From: an uncultured Thermoplasmata archaeon
GTDB lineage: Archaea; Thermoplasmatota; Thermoplasmata; UBA10834
Assembly: GCA_963719945.1 (NCBI GenBank)
Contig: CAVRDX010000004.1
Coordinates: 32,001 to 96,000 of the forward strand
DNA length: 64,000 nt
Direction: 5' to 3'
Below are positions 1-10,237 of this stretch, in pieces. Every line of letters starts with the position of its first letter. Within the stretch, counting starts at the first letter, position 1. The notes under the pieces are model-generated. The model did no database searches, was not told the origin of the DNA, and saw only the letters and a list, made by a program, of their open reading frames with translations. Both the position numbers and the translations under genes were made by a program.

Positions 1-286
1 AATGGAACTTCTCGATCCTGGCTTTTGACCTCTTCATAGCCTGAAGAAGGGGCTTAGAGAGTCTCCTCTGAGCTGCAGCCAGCTCCGATTCCGGAACCCG
101 GATCGCATTGCCTCGGAACCCTTCGAACTGTTCTGAGAACCTCAGGAGCGACTCGTCTCCATTCGCACGGACTTGATCTATTATGTCCATGGCGGATGAA
201 AGGGCTGGCGTGAGGTCCACATCCTCTCTCTCAAGGACCGATCGCAACTCCTTGGAGGTCATCTTAGATAACGTGTATTTCAACAT
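1..286 (-). CDS. hisD: Histidinol dehydrogenase, N-terminal part (runs off the window start)
   Basis: Manual translation from ATG 286 gives MLKYTLSKM...IIDQVRANGDESLLRFSEQFE...ARIEKFH, the HisD N-terminal pattern. It lies directly downstream of hisG. Not in the ORF track. Confidence 0.9.
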   Translation of the reverse strand, partial: MLKYTLSKMTSKELRSVLEREDVDLTPALSSAMDIIDQVRANGDESLLRFSEQFEGFRGNAIRVPESELAAAQRRLSKPLLQAMKRSKARIEKFH

Positions 287-287
287 G

Positions 288-1154
288 TCACAGTACCATC
301 CTGTCTATCGGCATCACAAGGATCCCCGTCGCTCCTATGCCCTTCAGCATCGCGATGACCCCATTGACCTCGTCCTCGTTCGCAACTGCGTGTATCGCCA
401 CGACATCGTCCCGACCTATGATGTTCATCACCGTCGGTCCGGAGACACCTGGCAGAAGCGTGTCGAGGCTGGCCAGCTTGTCCTTTGGGACATTGGCCAT
501 CAGGTATCGCTTCCTCGAAGCATTCATGACACTCTCTAGAGCGCTTGTGATCTCATCCATCCGGATCTTCTTCTCTTCTATGGATTTCGGGTTCGCAATG
601 AGGACGGCGACAGAGTCCAATACGACGCCTATCTCCTTCAGGTGATTCAACTTCAAGGTCGACCCTGTCTCGGTAAGATCCGTAATTATCTCCGCAAGGC
701 CTATCCTGGGTGCGACTTCCGTTGCCCCCGAGACCTCAGCGGTCTCGACCTTCTTCCCGATCCCTTGGAAGAATTCCTTGGTCAGGTTTGGGAAGGATGT
801 CGCCACCATGGACCCATCCTTGACATCTGACACTTTCTGGATGGATGATTCTTCAGGAACCGCAACCACCAATCGGCATTTCCCGAAATCGAGATCCATC
901 ATTCGTTCCACATTTCTCTTCGTCTCGAGAAGGATATCGAGTCCTGTGATACCGAGGTCTGCGGCCCCCATCTCGACGAATTCGGGAATATCCTGGGCAC
1001 GTGCCATAAGAACCTGATACCTACCCTTGCTGAACTCCGCCAGCAGTGTTCTGCTGCTCGAGTCTGGGACCGAGAAACCGATCCTGTTCATCAATCTGAC
1101 TGCGCTGCTGTTCAATCTCCCCTTGTTCGGGAGGGCAATCCTGAGTGCACTCAT
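288..1154 (-). CDS. hisG: ATP phosphoribosyltransferase (long form)
   Basis: LRIALPNKGRL, RAQDIPEFV, GATEVAP..GLA..I.DLTETGSTLK, and a C-terminal regulatory domain (LPGVSGPTV). Confidence 0.97.
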   Translation of the reverse strand: MSALRIALPNKGRLNSSAVRLMNRIGFSVPDSSSRTLLAEFSKGRYQVLMARAQDIPEFVEMGAADLGITGLDILLETKRNVERMMDLDFGKCRLVVAVPEESSIQKVSDVKDGSMVATSFPNLTKEFFQGIGKKVETAEVSGATEVAPRIGLAEIITDLTETGSTLKLNHLKEIGVVLDSVAVLIANPKSIEEKKIRMDEITSALESVMNASRKRYLMANVPKDKLASLDTLLPGVSGPTVMNIIGRDDVVAIHAVANEDEVNGVIAMLKGIGATGILVMPIDRMVL

Positions 1155-1468
1155 GCCAAATCCACCTCGGGTCCATGATTTTGTCGAGCGGAAAGATAGC
1201 TCAAGCTGGGCCTCATATTCATGTAAAAACCATTTCTTGAGCTCTGGCTGGGGCGTGTGTCATCACGCGTGAAGACTACCATACACGACTCTTGATGTGG
1301 CCATGTCCTTTCGCCTCTAGCAGATTCTCGAAGACTGCAACGATATTTATGTGTTCCGTCGAGAATTAGACTCTGGCTGCACATGAATGTACATAGAGAA
1401 TGGGGCAATCCATTGGTCTGGCGTCGGCTACCCTCAATATAGAGAGTATTCTAGATCAACACGGAAAA

Positions 1469-1636
1469 TCATGTCGGATAGAGCGCCCCGAACACCAAGA
1501 CTATAGCAGATACCGCTATACAGAGAGCTATCACGAGCCAAGGATGCACCTTGAGCGCCTTGTCATCCTCTGAATCGAAATACCTGATAAGACCGGCCGC
1601 GGAGTGAAATCCCTCGCCTTTCTTGTTCTTCGCCAT
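1469..1636 (-). CDS. secG: Preprotein translocase subunit Sec61-beta (archaeal SecG), 55 aa
   Basis: Manual translation MAKNKKGEGFHSAAGLIRYFDSEDDKALKVHPWLVIALCIAVSAIVLVFGALYPT shows the archaeal Sec61-beta AGLIRYF motif plus one TM helix. TATA-like TTATATA lies about 30 nt upstream. Below the ORF-track length cutoff. Confidence 0.93.
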   Translation of the reverse strand: MAKNKKGEGFHSAAGLIRYFDSEDDKALKVHPWLVIALCIAVSAIVLVFGALYPT

Positions 1637-1859
1637 AGGCCTCGTCAAGGCCTATTGAAGGGTTCACTATATAAGGGTTTACCGGCATTGGATGATGCAA
1701 TTCGAATGACTTTCGATGATTCTCGCCATAACGAAAAGCATTATATAACGTGCAAGATAATTGACACAGCCCCATCTGGCTTGATACTGTTCGGACCTGA
1801 TGATAGGGCGAGTGCGCATCTAGAAGTGCGATTGATGCCACGGGATCGGAGGTTGTAAT

Positions 1860-2228
1860 ATAGCTACCGTATTCCTCGTCGATGATGAGAAGTTCATCGT
1901 CGACCTGTACCGAGACATCCTTGAAGCGAACGGACACTCCGTCGTAGCCGTCGCTTCGGACGGCGAGGAGGCCGTCAGGAAATACAAGGAGATGGCGGAG
2001 AAACCTGTGGTCATAATCATGGATCAGAGGATGCCCATAAAAGATGGGGTCAGTGCGACGCAGGAGATTTTGAAGATGGACCCCGGTGCGACAATATTCT
2101 TCGGGAGCGCGGACCTTCATATAGAGAAGGAAGCTCTCGCAGCAGGGGCCAAAGGTTTCCTTCTCAAGCCTTTCAGGATAGAGGAGCTTCTGGAAGCAAT
2201 CGCAGAGGCGGAAAAAGGGAAGAAGTAG
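1860..2228 (+). CDS. Stand-alone CheY-like response regulator receiver
   Basis: The frame upstream of ATG 1992 encodes ATVFLVDDEKFIVDLYRDILEANGHSVVAVASDGEEA, followed by IIMDQRMP (phospho-Asp) and LLKPF. Likely start is ATA 1860 after RBS GGAGGT. Confidence 0.9.
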   Translation: MATVFLVDDEKFIVDLYRDILEANGHSVVAVASDGEEAVRKYKEMAEKPVVIIMDQRMPIKDGVSATQEILKMDPGATIFFGSADLHIEKEALAAGAKGFLLKPFRIEELLEAIAEAEKGKK

Positions 2229-2383
2229 TAGCGGAGCTTGCTTTATTTATTGCAGGCTTCGACCGAGGTGAATTGCATGAGAGCGAGTGAGAACGAGAGC
2301 GGGAGAATGGCCCTGACTGGGGGTCGCTTACTTTTAAGTACGACCTTCGGCTATGAGAACGCAACCTTGGAGAGGGATGCCTG

Positions 2384-3868
2384 ATGGCGGAACAGGAGAG
2401 CGATTTGAAGGCTCAGATGAGGAGCAAGCTCGAAGTCCTGAAGAGTAAGGGGCTGGACCCGTATCAGAAATACAGGTTCATTCGCACCCATGACAGCGAG
2501 AGTGTGAAGCGAGAGTTCAAGGATATTGGCGCGGAGAAGAGCCCTGCGGAGGTATCGACTGCAGGCAGGGTCATGGCAGTCCGCATCCATGGAAAGGCGG
2601 GCTTTGCTGACCTCGTAGACAGAGAAGGCAAGGTACAGCTCTATTTCAAACTGAATGACATAGGCCAAGACATCTGGGACCTGTTCACATCACTCGATCG
2701 CGGCGATATAGTCGGAGTCAAAGGTAATGTCTTCAGGACAAAGATGGGAGAGGTGACCGTTGCGGTCAGCACCCTTGAAGTCTTATCGAAGGCGCTGATA
2801 CCATTCCCGGAGAAATTCCACGGGCTACAGGATGTTCAGACAAGGTACAGGCAGAGGTACCTCGACCTCGCAATCAACGATGATGTAAGAAAGAGATTCA
2901 TAAACAGGAGCAAGCTGGTCGCCTACTTCAGGGAGTGGTTGAACAAGAGGGGGTTCCTCGAAGTCGAGACGCCGATACTGCAGCCCTTGTACGGAGGTGC
3001 TCTGGCGAGGCCTTTTGTGACACACCACAACTACCTGGACATGGACCTATACCTCAGGATTGCCCCTGAGCTCTATCACAAGAGATGCATAGTCGGCAAC
3101 CTGGAGAAGGTCTACGAGATCGGCAAGAACTTCAGGAACGAGGACATAGATGCTCAGCATTATCCGGAATACACTTCGATGGAGCTCTATCAGGCATATG
3201 CGGACTATGAGGATATAATGGACCTGACAGAGTCGCTCATCTGCGATACCGCGATGCACATAACTGGAAAGGACCAGATCCCATACGGAGACAAAGTGCT
3301 GGATTTCTCGAAACCGTGGCTTAGAATAACGATGCACGATGCAGTCAAGAAGCACACAGGAATCGACATATCATCATTCGGATCGGTCGAAGAGGCTCGA
3401 GAGGCTGCTGTGAAGATCGGCGTAAGGGATATAGCAGATTGTCAGGACATGGGCAAGATCGTCGCCGAGATATTCGACCAGAAGGCGCAGCCCCATCTGA
3501 TCAACCCGACCTTCGTGATAGATCATCCGGTGGAAGTATCCCCATTGGCAAAACGGAAGCGCGGGAACCCTGACCTCGTCGAGAGGTTCGAACTGTTCAT
3601 AAACGGATGGGAATTCGCCAACGCATTCTCAGAACTCAACGATCCTGAAGAGCAGGAACAGAGATTCAGGGAACAGGATAGGCTTCGCAAGGAAGGAGAC
3701 GAGGAGGCACATCCGATCGACCTCGATTACATCCGGGCTTTAGAATACGGCCTACCGCCGACAGGTGGACTTGGCATAGGCGTCGATCGACTCGCCATGA
3801 TATTGACGGATGCCCCCTCGATAAAGGAAGTCATACTGTTCCCGCACATGAAACCAGAGACCATGTAG
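2384..3868 (+). CDS. lysS: Lysine--tRNA ligase, class II
   Basis: OB-fold anticodon domain, RYRQRYLDL, YLRIAPELYHKR, FRNEDID, GLPPTGGLGIGVDRL, VILFP. Confidence 0.97.
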   Translation: MAEQESDLKAQMRSKLEVLKSKGLDPYQKYRFIRTHDSESVKREFKDIGAEKSPAEVSTAGRVMAVRIHGKAGFADLVDREGKVQLYFKLNDIGQDIWDLFTSLDRGDIVGVKGNVFRTKMGEVTVAVSTLEVLSKALIPFPEKFHGLQDVQTRYRQRYLDLAINDDVRKRFINRSKLVAYFREWLNKRGFLEVETPILQPLYGGALARPFVTHHNYLDMDLYLRIAPELYHKRCIVGNLEKVYEIGKNFRNEDIDAQHYPEYTSMELYQAYADYEDIMDLTESLICDTAMHITGKDQIPYGDKVLDFSKPWLRITMHDAVKKHTGIDISSFGSVEEAREAAVKIGVRDIADCQDMGKIVAEIFDQKAQPHLINPTFVIDHPVEVSPLAKRKRGNPDLVERFELFINGWEFANAFSELNDPEEQEQRFREQDRLRKEGDEEAHPIDLDYIRALEYGLPPTGGLGIGVDRLAMILTDAPSIKEVILFPHMKPETM

Positions 3869-3870
3869 AA

Positions 3871-4722
3871 GTGACGCGAATGGCTTTGCAGGGCACATTG
3901 ATAAGGCACATGGACAGGACAGAGCTGGACGAGCTGATCGACGCGCAGAACGAGATATTCGCAGACTACATCGTTCCCATGAAGTCGAGCAGGGAGTTCT
4001 GGATGGACTTCCTCAGGTCCGTCGGAGGAGACTCCGCGAATGTATTGGTCGCTGTCGACAAGGGCAGGATAATCGGATATGTCAACCCTGTGATCGACGG
4101 AGAGGAAGCTTGGGTCGGCGGAGTTGGAGTCGTTCCCGAGTTCAGGCGCAGAGGTCTTGGTCGAAAACTGATGATTGAAGCAGAGGTATTCTCCCGCAAG
4201 ATGGGAGCCAAGGAGATCAGCCTGGAAGTGATTCAGGGGAATGGAAAGGCGGAGGACCTCTACAAGTCGATGGAGTACCATGAAAGCAATGTCTTCGTAT
4301 GTGCTGACGGCAAACCCCAGCAGTCCTCTGGTTTTGGGATAGCACCCGAGAAGGCAACCCTTCAGGACATCGTGAGCATCCACGAGAAATCATATAGGAA
4401 TAGTTGCTGGCAGAGGCGCAAGATCCATGGCCTCATGATGATCGCCAGGAATTCTGAGTGCTACAAGGTCAAAGGTGGATTCGTGATGGTCCGAAGAGTA
4501 GAGAACAACGGATTCATACCTTACCTAGGCGTCGTCCCAGATAAGCGCGGCCAGGGGATAGGCACCGCACTCATGAGGTTCGCGCTCAACAGGCTCTTCG
4601 AGAGGGGCGTGTTCAAGACTGGGCTATACAACATCAATGACGAGCTGCCAGTGCAGCGATTGCTGGACAAGTTCGATTTCCATGTGACCCTGAAACAGAC
4701 AGAGATGCGCAAGCGCCTTTGA
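3871..4722 (+). CDS. Tandem GNAT-domain N-acetyltransferase
   Basis: Two acetyl-CoA motif A copies (GVVPEFRRRGLGRKL; GVVPDKRGQGIGTAL). Confidence 0.85.
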   Translation: MTRMALQGTLIRHMDRTELDELIDAQNEIFADYIVPMKSSREFWMDFLRSVGGDSANVLVAVDKGRIIGYVNPVIDGEEAWVGGVGVVPEFRRRGLGRKLMIEAEVFSRKMGAKEISLEVIQGNGKAEDLYKSMEYHESNVFVCADGKPQQSSGFGIAPEKATLQDIVSIHEKSYRNSCWQRRKIHGLMMIARNSECYKVKGGFVMVRRVENNGFIPYLGVVPDKRGQGIGTALMRFALNRLFERGVFKTGLYNINDELPVQRLLDKFDFHVTLKQTEMRKRL

Positions 4723-4810
4723 AGGATCACCCTGCTCGATCAGGGTCGGAAAAACGAAACACAAAAGGGTTTTGATAAAAACGAAGGGATGGTGAGGATG
4801 CTCGAGATCC

Positions 4811-5704
4811 TCACTGTTTGCACTGGGCGTACTTCTCGTCGGCCGCCCACTTCTTATTGACCCAGTCCTGAATCTTCTTGATGTCGTCCTCGGTCAAGTG
4901 TCTGAACCGTCCCTGTGGTTTCAGGTATTCGGTCACCGGAGTCATCTTCGGCTTCCTGTTTATGGTTACCTTGCCGTTCTCCGACTCGTAGAGCGTCCAC
5001 ATGCCCGTATCGACCGCGAGCTTGCACATCTCGATCGTCTTTGCCGTGTCGTGCCTCCATCCTGTGGGGCACGGGGTAAAGACCTGGATGTATCTGAATC
5101 CCTTGATCTTCTTGGCCTTCTCGAACTTGTTGATGAAGTCCTGGATATGACCTATCGATGCAGTCGCGACATAAGGCACATTGTGTGCCATCATTATCTG
5201 TGGCATGTCCTTCTTGAAGTTCTCCTTCCCGGACTTCACAGACCCGACAGGTGTCGTCGTCGTCCATGCTCCATAGGGTGTCGAACCGGACCTCTGGATA
5301 CCAGTGTTCATGTACGCTTCGTTATCGTACATCACATAGAGTATGTCCTCGTTCCTCTCGGCCGCACCGGACAACGCCTGCATTCCGATATCCGCAGTTC
5401 CGCCGTCACCGGCGATACCCATCACGAGGGTGTCGTCCATTCCGCGCGCTTTCAAGGCACGCTTTATGCCTGTAGCGCATGCCGCAGTGTTCTCGAATGC
5501 GACATGGTGGAACGGGACCTTCCATGCGATGTTCGGGTATGTGGCTCCGAATATGAGCAGGCAGCATGCGGGGTTGACCACTACGGTGTTCTTCCCGAGT
5601 ATCTTCATCAGATTCCTGACAGCCACTGCCCCTCCGCAACCGGCGCATGCGGTATGTCCCCGGGTGAACAGTTCTTCATCTGGAAGTTCCTTGAGTTTCA
5701 TCAC
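4811..5704 (-). CDS. porB: Pyruvate/2-ketoisovalerate:ferredoxin oxidoreductase beta subunit
   Basis: GHTACAGCG, TPP motif GDGGTADIG...YDNEAYMNTGIQRS, PCPTGW. Confidence 0.95.
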   Translation of the reverse strand: MMKLKELPDEELFTRGHTACAGCGGAVAVRNLMKILGKNTVVVNPACCLLIFGATYPNIAWKVPFHHVAFENTAACATGIKRALKARGMDDTLVMGIAGDGGTADIGMQALSGAAERNEDILYVMYDNEAYMNTGIQRSGSTPYGAWTTTTPVGSVKSGKENFKKDMPQIMMAHNVPYVATASIGHIQDFINKFEKAKKIKGFRYIQVFTPCPTGWRHDTAKTIEMCKLAVDTGMWTLYESENGKVTINRKPKMTPVTEYLKPQGRFRHLTEDDIKKIQDWVNKKWAADEKYAQCKQ

Positions 5705-6879
5705 TCCACCCCCCTTGTGTTGAGCCAGACGATCTCCTTCTTGACCACACCAGTCTTTGCGATCTCCAGCAGTTTATCGAATATCGAACGGATATCGGCC
5801 AGCGAGACATCGTTGCCCCCGAGGCCGCCTATGACGTTCATCGTGGGCACATCGAGACCATATGCAGCGTTTCTGAACTCTATGAAAGACGGCCCAGCGA
5901 CTCCGTACGAAACCGCACGGTCGAAGACCCCGACAGCTTTCACCTTCTCTGCGATCTTTCGCAACTGTGCCGCAGGGTATGGCCTCCAGAACCTGAGCTT
6001 GACCATGCCCACTTTCTTGCCTTCCGCCCTCATCGTATCCACGACCTCATGAGTCGTAGACCCAACAGTGCCCAGAGTGATCAGGACCACATCGGCGTCA
6101 TCACACATGTACGGGTCTATCATCCCGCCGTAATCCCTGCCGAACTCCTTGGCGAACGCCTTGTTGACCTCTTCGATCACCTTTGGCGCCTGGCGCATCG
6201 CATTGTCCATCTGCCACCGGCATTCCATCATATATTCCGGTGGAACGAATACTCCGACGGCTGTGGGATCATTTGGATCGAGTATCGGGCTTGGCGGAGT
6301 GTATTTCGGGAGGAACCTATCGGCATCCTCCTGGCACATAAGATCGACTGGCTCGACCGTATGCGATAGGATGAATGCATCCAGACAGACGGCCATCGGT
6401 AGCGCGACGCGCTTATCCTCGGCGATCCTGAATGCTTGCAGGATCATGTCCTGGACTTCCTGGTTGTGGTCGCAGAAGACCTGCAGCCAGCCAGAATCTC
6501 GCTCGGGCATGATATCGTTGTGCTCCACCCAGATGTTTATCGGGGCAGCGATCGCACGGTTGACGACTGACATCACGATAGGCAGTCTCAGTCCGCTTGC
6601 GATTGGCAGGATCTCGTGCATCAACGCCAATCCCTGGGAAGATGTCGCAGTGAATGTGCGCACACCAGTCGCGCTCGCAGAGACGCATGCACTCATGGCC
6701 GAATGTTCGCTCTCCACTTCGATGTATTCTGAGTCCAACTCACCGTTGTTGATGAACTCGGACAAGTGCTCGACTATGAACGTTTGAGGCGTGATCGGAT
6801 ATGCCGCCACCGTTCTGACTCTGCTCCTCATCGCACCGTATGCAGCTGCATAGTTACCAGTGACAATCTTGTGAACCAT
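5701..6879 (-). CDS. porA: Pyruvate/2-ketoisovalerate:ferredoxin oxidoreductase alpha subunit
   Basis: AAYPITPQT, VESEHSAMS, TATSSQGL.LMHE. Confidence 0.95.
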   Translation of the reverse strand: MVHKIVTGNYAAAYGAMRSRVRTVAAYPITPQTFIVEHLSEFINNGELDSEYIEVESEHSAMSACVSASATGVRTFTATSSQGLALMHEILPIASGLRLPIVMSVVNRAIAAPINIWVEHNDIMPERDSGWLQVFCDHNQEVQDMILQAFRIAEDKRVALPMAVCLDAFILSHTVEPVDLMCQEDADRFLPKYTPPSPILDPNDPTAVGVFVPPEYMMECRWQMDNAMRQAPKVIEEVNKAFAKEFGRDYGGMIDPYMCDDADVVLITLGTVGSTTHEVVDTMRAEGKKVGMVKLRFWRPYPAAQLRKIAEKVKAVGVFDRAVSYGVAGPSFIEFRNAAYGLDVPTMNVIGGLGGNDVSLADIRSIFDKLLEIAKTGVVKKEIVWLNTRGVE

Positions 6880-6885
6880 GCCTCT

Positions 6886-7770
6886 TCACCTCACCATCTT
6901 TATGGCTTCAACGGGGCACTCGTTAGCACATATCCCGCAGCCCTTGCAGTAATCCATGTCGAATTCCATCTTCTCACCCTTCCGGTATATGCACCCTTCA
7001 GGGCAGTAGAACCAGCAGAAGTTGCACATCGTGCACTTTTCAACATCATACTCTGGTCTGAAAACCTTCCAGCTTCCAGTCTTGTTCTCAGTGAACGAAC
7101 CTGGACCTACCATGCCAGCGTCGGTCTTCTTGATGATGCCGGCAGCGCCCAGAGGCAGTTCATTTACATCTGGGAGCCACTTCTTGGCGGCCTTCAGAGG
7201 TCTATGACCATGCGACTCGCCAACGACCGTGCGCTCATAGGCGACCCTGGCCGCCTTCGCGTTCTTCTCACCGATCTTCGGACCTAGCCTGTCACCGAAC
7301 ACCTGCATGATTCCCTTCTCGATGGATTCGATAGTGACAAGGCCTGTCGCTTTCGCCAAAGCACCCAGGATCGATGAGTTCGTTGCGGGCTGTTTCAAGA
7401 CTTCCAGCGCAACGGAGGTAGCATCGACAGTGGCCAGCTTTACATCGATTCCCACATCGACCTCTTCGGGTTTTCTGGCAGTGTTCACGATCACTATGCC
7501 GCCCTTCTTCAGACCGTCGACCACGTTGACCGAATCAATCAGAGATTCGTCCAACACGACGACGAAGTCAGGTTCGTGCACCTGTGTCTTCCTGTAGATC
7601 CGCGTTTTATCAATTCTCGTAAACGCGAGCACCGGGGCACCCCTTCTTTCAGCCCCGAAAAATGGGAAGGCGGTTGCATATCCGCTTTCCTGGTGAGCGG
7701 CGCTCGCGAGTGCTTGCGCAGCCATGACAGCGCCCTGTCCGCCACGGCCATGGAATCGTACCTCGTACAT
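6886..7770 (-). CDS. 2-oxoacid:ferredoxin oxidoreductase gamma-delta fusion subunit
   Basis: N-terminal [11 protein letters not shown]...[10 protein letters not shown] (gamma). C-terminal KTGSW...[12 protein letters not shown]...[13 protein letters not shown] (delta, 2x[4Fe-4S]). Start taken as ATG 7770. Confidence 0.92.
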   Translation of the reverse strand: MYEVRFHGRGGQGAVMAAQALASAAHQESGYATAFPFFGAERRGAPVLAFTRIDKTRIYRKTQVHEPDFVVVLDESLIDSVNVVDGLKKGGIVIVNTARKPEEVDVGIDVKLATVDATSVALEVLKQPATNSSILGALAKATGLVTIESIEKGIMQVFGDRLGPKIGEKNAKAARVAYERTVVGESHGHRPLKAAKKWLPDVNELPLGAAGIIKKTDAGMVGPGSFTENKTGSWKVFRPEYDVEKCTMCNFCWFYCPEGCIYRKGEKMEFDMDYCKGCGICANECPVEAIKMVR

Positions 7771-8003
7771 CCTTGAGCCTCGCACCTGTTTGAATGATTG
7801 GACCTATTTTAAGGCTTTCTGAGCAACCCCTAATGGTTCCGAAAAGCGTCCCTGAACGGTGATCCATGGACAAAACACAGATGTCAGAGAATGCCATCGC
7901 TGAAACGTCGAAAATCGAGTTTATCGAGAAGCGCACCGGCGAAAACTGAATAAGTCGTTTGGAGCCCAAACCTTTTTTGAGCTAGGAGGGGATTTGCCCG
8001 CAG

Positions 8004-10226
8004 ATGGTGAAGAAGCAAGCGGATGGGATCACCCTTCGGGTCGCGAGAGCACACCACCAATCCGAAGTGGGCCTCGGAAGAGCTCGAATAGACACCTTGA
8101 CAAGGAAGGACCTCTCAGTCGATGTTGGAGAGATCATCGAGATCGTCGGCAAGAAGAGGACGGCGGCGAAGGTGTTCAGGGCAGCTCATGAAGACGAGGG
8201 CAAAGGGATCATCAGAATCGATGGCATGATACGCGGGAACGCAGCGGTATCCATAGGCGAGAACGTCGTCGTGCAGAAAGCCGATGCTCAGCCGGCCCAG
8301 AAGATAGTGGTCGCTCCCAAAATACCTCATGGAAAGCGCGTCAGATTCGGCCAAGGTGTCGAAGGATTGTTCAAGAAGGGGCTGCTCAACCGGGCCGTAA
8401 TCAAGGGTGACGAGATCATCATCCCCAATATCGCTCTGATGGGAGGTTTTCTCCCCTTCATGGTCGCATCGACGGCACCCAATGGGATAGTCCAAGTGAC
8501 TGAGCAGACGGAACTGTCTGTGAAGACCGAGCCGATTGAGATCACCGACCTCGCCCGCCCCTCTGTCACCTATGAGGACATAGGAGGGCTGGAGGGGGAA
8601 TTGGAGAGAATCCGGGAGATGATCGAGCTCCCGCTGAAACATCCAGAGGTATTCACAAGGCTTGGCATCGACCCGCCTAAAGGAGTTCTCCTCTATGGAC
8701 CGCCAGGCACTGGCAAGACATTGATTGCAAGAGCTGTGGCGAATGAGGCAGGGGCCAATTTCTTCTCGATACAGGGACCGGAGATAATGTCCAAATTCTA
8801 TGGTCAGAGCGAAGAGAAACTCAGAGAGATATTCGCTGAGGCGGAGAAGAACGCTCCATCCGTGATCTTCATCGATGAGCTGGATTCGATCGCCCCTAGG
8901 AGGGACGAAGTCCAAGGAGAGGTCGAGAGGAGAGTCGTCGCTCAGCTCCTGACCTTGATGGACGGGCTCACGAGCAGAGGTAATGTCATAGTGATTGCAG
9001 CAACAAACAGGGAGGATGCAATCGATCCTGCCCTGAGAAGACCTGGAAGATTCGATAGAGAGATCGAGATCGGAGTACCTTCCACGGCTGGACGTCAGGA
9101 GATAATGCAGATCCATACGAGGGGAATGCCCATCGATGAGACTGTCAATCTGGACCACATCGGAGAGATGACCCATGGCTTCGCAGGCGCGGATCTGGCC
9201 GCACTTGCTCGTGAAGCTGCCATGCGATGTCTGCGGAGATACCTGCCCGATATCGATCTTGGAAAGCCTATTCCCGCAGAGATACTCGAGAAGATGAAGG
9301 TGACGGGACAGGATTTCGCGGATGCCAAACGAGACATAGAGCCAAGCGCCATGCGCGAAGTGTTGATCGAGATACCGAACGTCACATGGGAGGATGTCGG
9401 AGGACTCGATGATGTGAAGAAGGAGCTGCACGAGGCCATCGAGCTGCCCATCGAAGATCCAGAGTCGTTCAAGAGACTGGGTATCAGACCGCCTAAAGGG
9501 GTGCTTCTGTTCGGCGCTCCAGGAACTGGAAAAACCCTGATTGCACGTGCGATCGCGAACATGTCCAACACGAATTTCATATCCATAAAAGGCCCAGAGG
9601 TCATGTCCAAATGGGTCGGTGAGAGCGAAAAGGCCGTTAGGATGATATTCAAGAAGGCGAAGCAGGTCTCACCGAGCATCGTCTTCTTCGACGAGATCGA
9701 TGCGATCGCTCCGAGGAGAGGAAGCCACAACGATTCGGGAGCCACGGAGAGAATCGTGAACCAACTGCTCACATCCATGGATGGGCTGGAGGATATGGAG
9801 AACGTCTTCGTCATAGGAGCGACCAACCGGCCAGACATGATCGACCCCGCACTCCTGAGGCCAGGCAGGTTCGACAAACTGCTCCTGATCCCGATACCGG
9901 ATGAGAAGGCTCGGAGAAAGATACTCGAGGTCCATACGAAGAACATGCCTCTCGAGGGCGTCGACCTGGCCCCAGTCGCGAAGCGGTTGGAGGGGTTCGT
10001 AGGCGCGGACATCGAGAATCTCTGCAGGGAGGCGGCACTCGTTGCGCTCCGGGAGGACAAGAAAGCGGACAAAGTCCGCTTAGAACACTTCGAGAAGGCG
10101 TTGACCACTGTCAGGGCGTCGACCAGCCCAGAGACGGTCAAGTTCTACGAGTCGCAGGCCCAGGAGATAAAGACCGCAATGTCTAAGAAGAGAAAAGATG
10201 ATAATGGGCTTGGCTACTACAGATAG
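8004..10226 (+). CDS. cdc48: CDC48/VAT AAA+ ATPase
   Basis: N-domain, two AAA modules ([16 protein letters not shown]; DELD, DEID; RPGRFD), and C-terminal HbYX motif GYYR. Confidence 0.97.
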   Translation: MVKKQADGITLRVARAHHQSEVGLGRARIDTLTRKDLSVDVGEIIEIVGKKRTAAKVFRAAHEDEGKGIIRIDGMIRGNAAVSIGENVVVQKADAQPAQKIVVAPKIPHGKRVRFGQGVEGLFKKGLLNRAVIKGDEIIIPNIALMGGFLPFMVASTAPNGIVQVTEQTELSVKTEPIEITDLARPSVTYEDIGGLEGELERIREMIELPLKHPEVFTRLGIDPPKGVLLYGPPGTGKTLIARAVANEAGANFFSIQGPEIMSKFYGQSEEKLREIFAEAEKNAPSVIFIDELDSIAPRRDEVQGEVERRVVAQLLTLMDGLTSRGNVIVIAATNREDAIDPALRRPGRFDREIEIGVPSTAGRQEIMQIHTRGMPIDETVNLDHIGEMTHGFAGADLAALAREAAMRCLRRYLPDIDLGKPIPAEILEKMKVTGQDFADAKRDIEPSAMREVLIEIPNVTWEDVGGLDDVKKELHEAIELPIEDPESFKRLGIRPPKGVLLFGAPGTGKTLIARAIANMSNTNFISIKGPEVMSKWVGESEKAVRMIFKKAKQVSPSIVFFDEIDAIAPRRGSHNDSGATERIVNQLLTSMDGLEDMENVFVIGATNRPDMIDPALLRPGRFDKLLLIPIPDEKARRKILEVHTKNMPLEGVDLAPVAKRLEGFVGADIENLCREAALVALREDKKADKVRLEHFEKALTTVRASTSPETVKFYESQAQEIKTAMSKKRKDDNGLGYYR

Positions 10227-10237
10227 CCGGAGATGGG

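Noticed and set aside
1635-1655. ATAGGCCT/AGGCCTAT hairpin over the secG start
   Set aside because: TATA spacing suggests transcription starts within the repeat, so it probably cannot fold in the mRNA. It could be a DNA site, but there is no support.
1563-2120. ORFs 1563-2120(-), 1604-1858(+) and 1151-1408(-)
   Set aside because: The region is explained by secG, the response regulator and promoters. The translations have no recognisable features.
4898-10141. Long antisense ORFs (4898-6052, 8115-9431, 9095-10141) and similar ones elsewhere (35102-35923, 45455-46276, 49462-50253)
   Set aside because: They shadow well-conserved genes on the opposite strand, have no motifs, and are expected from codon bias.
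2226-10226. TAG recoding to pyrrolysine, as in some Methanomassiliicoccales genes
   Set aside because: TAG ends full-length conserved proteins at expected positions (response regulator, LysS, Cdc48 HbYX tail). I saw no in-frame TAG inside conserved genes.
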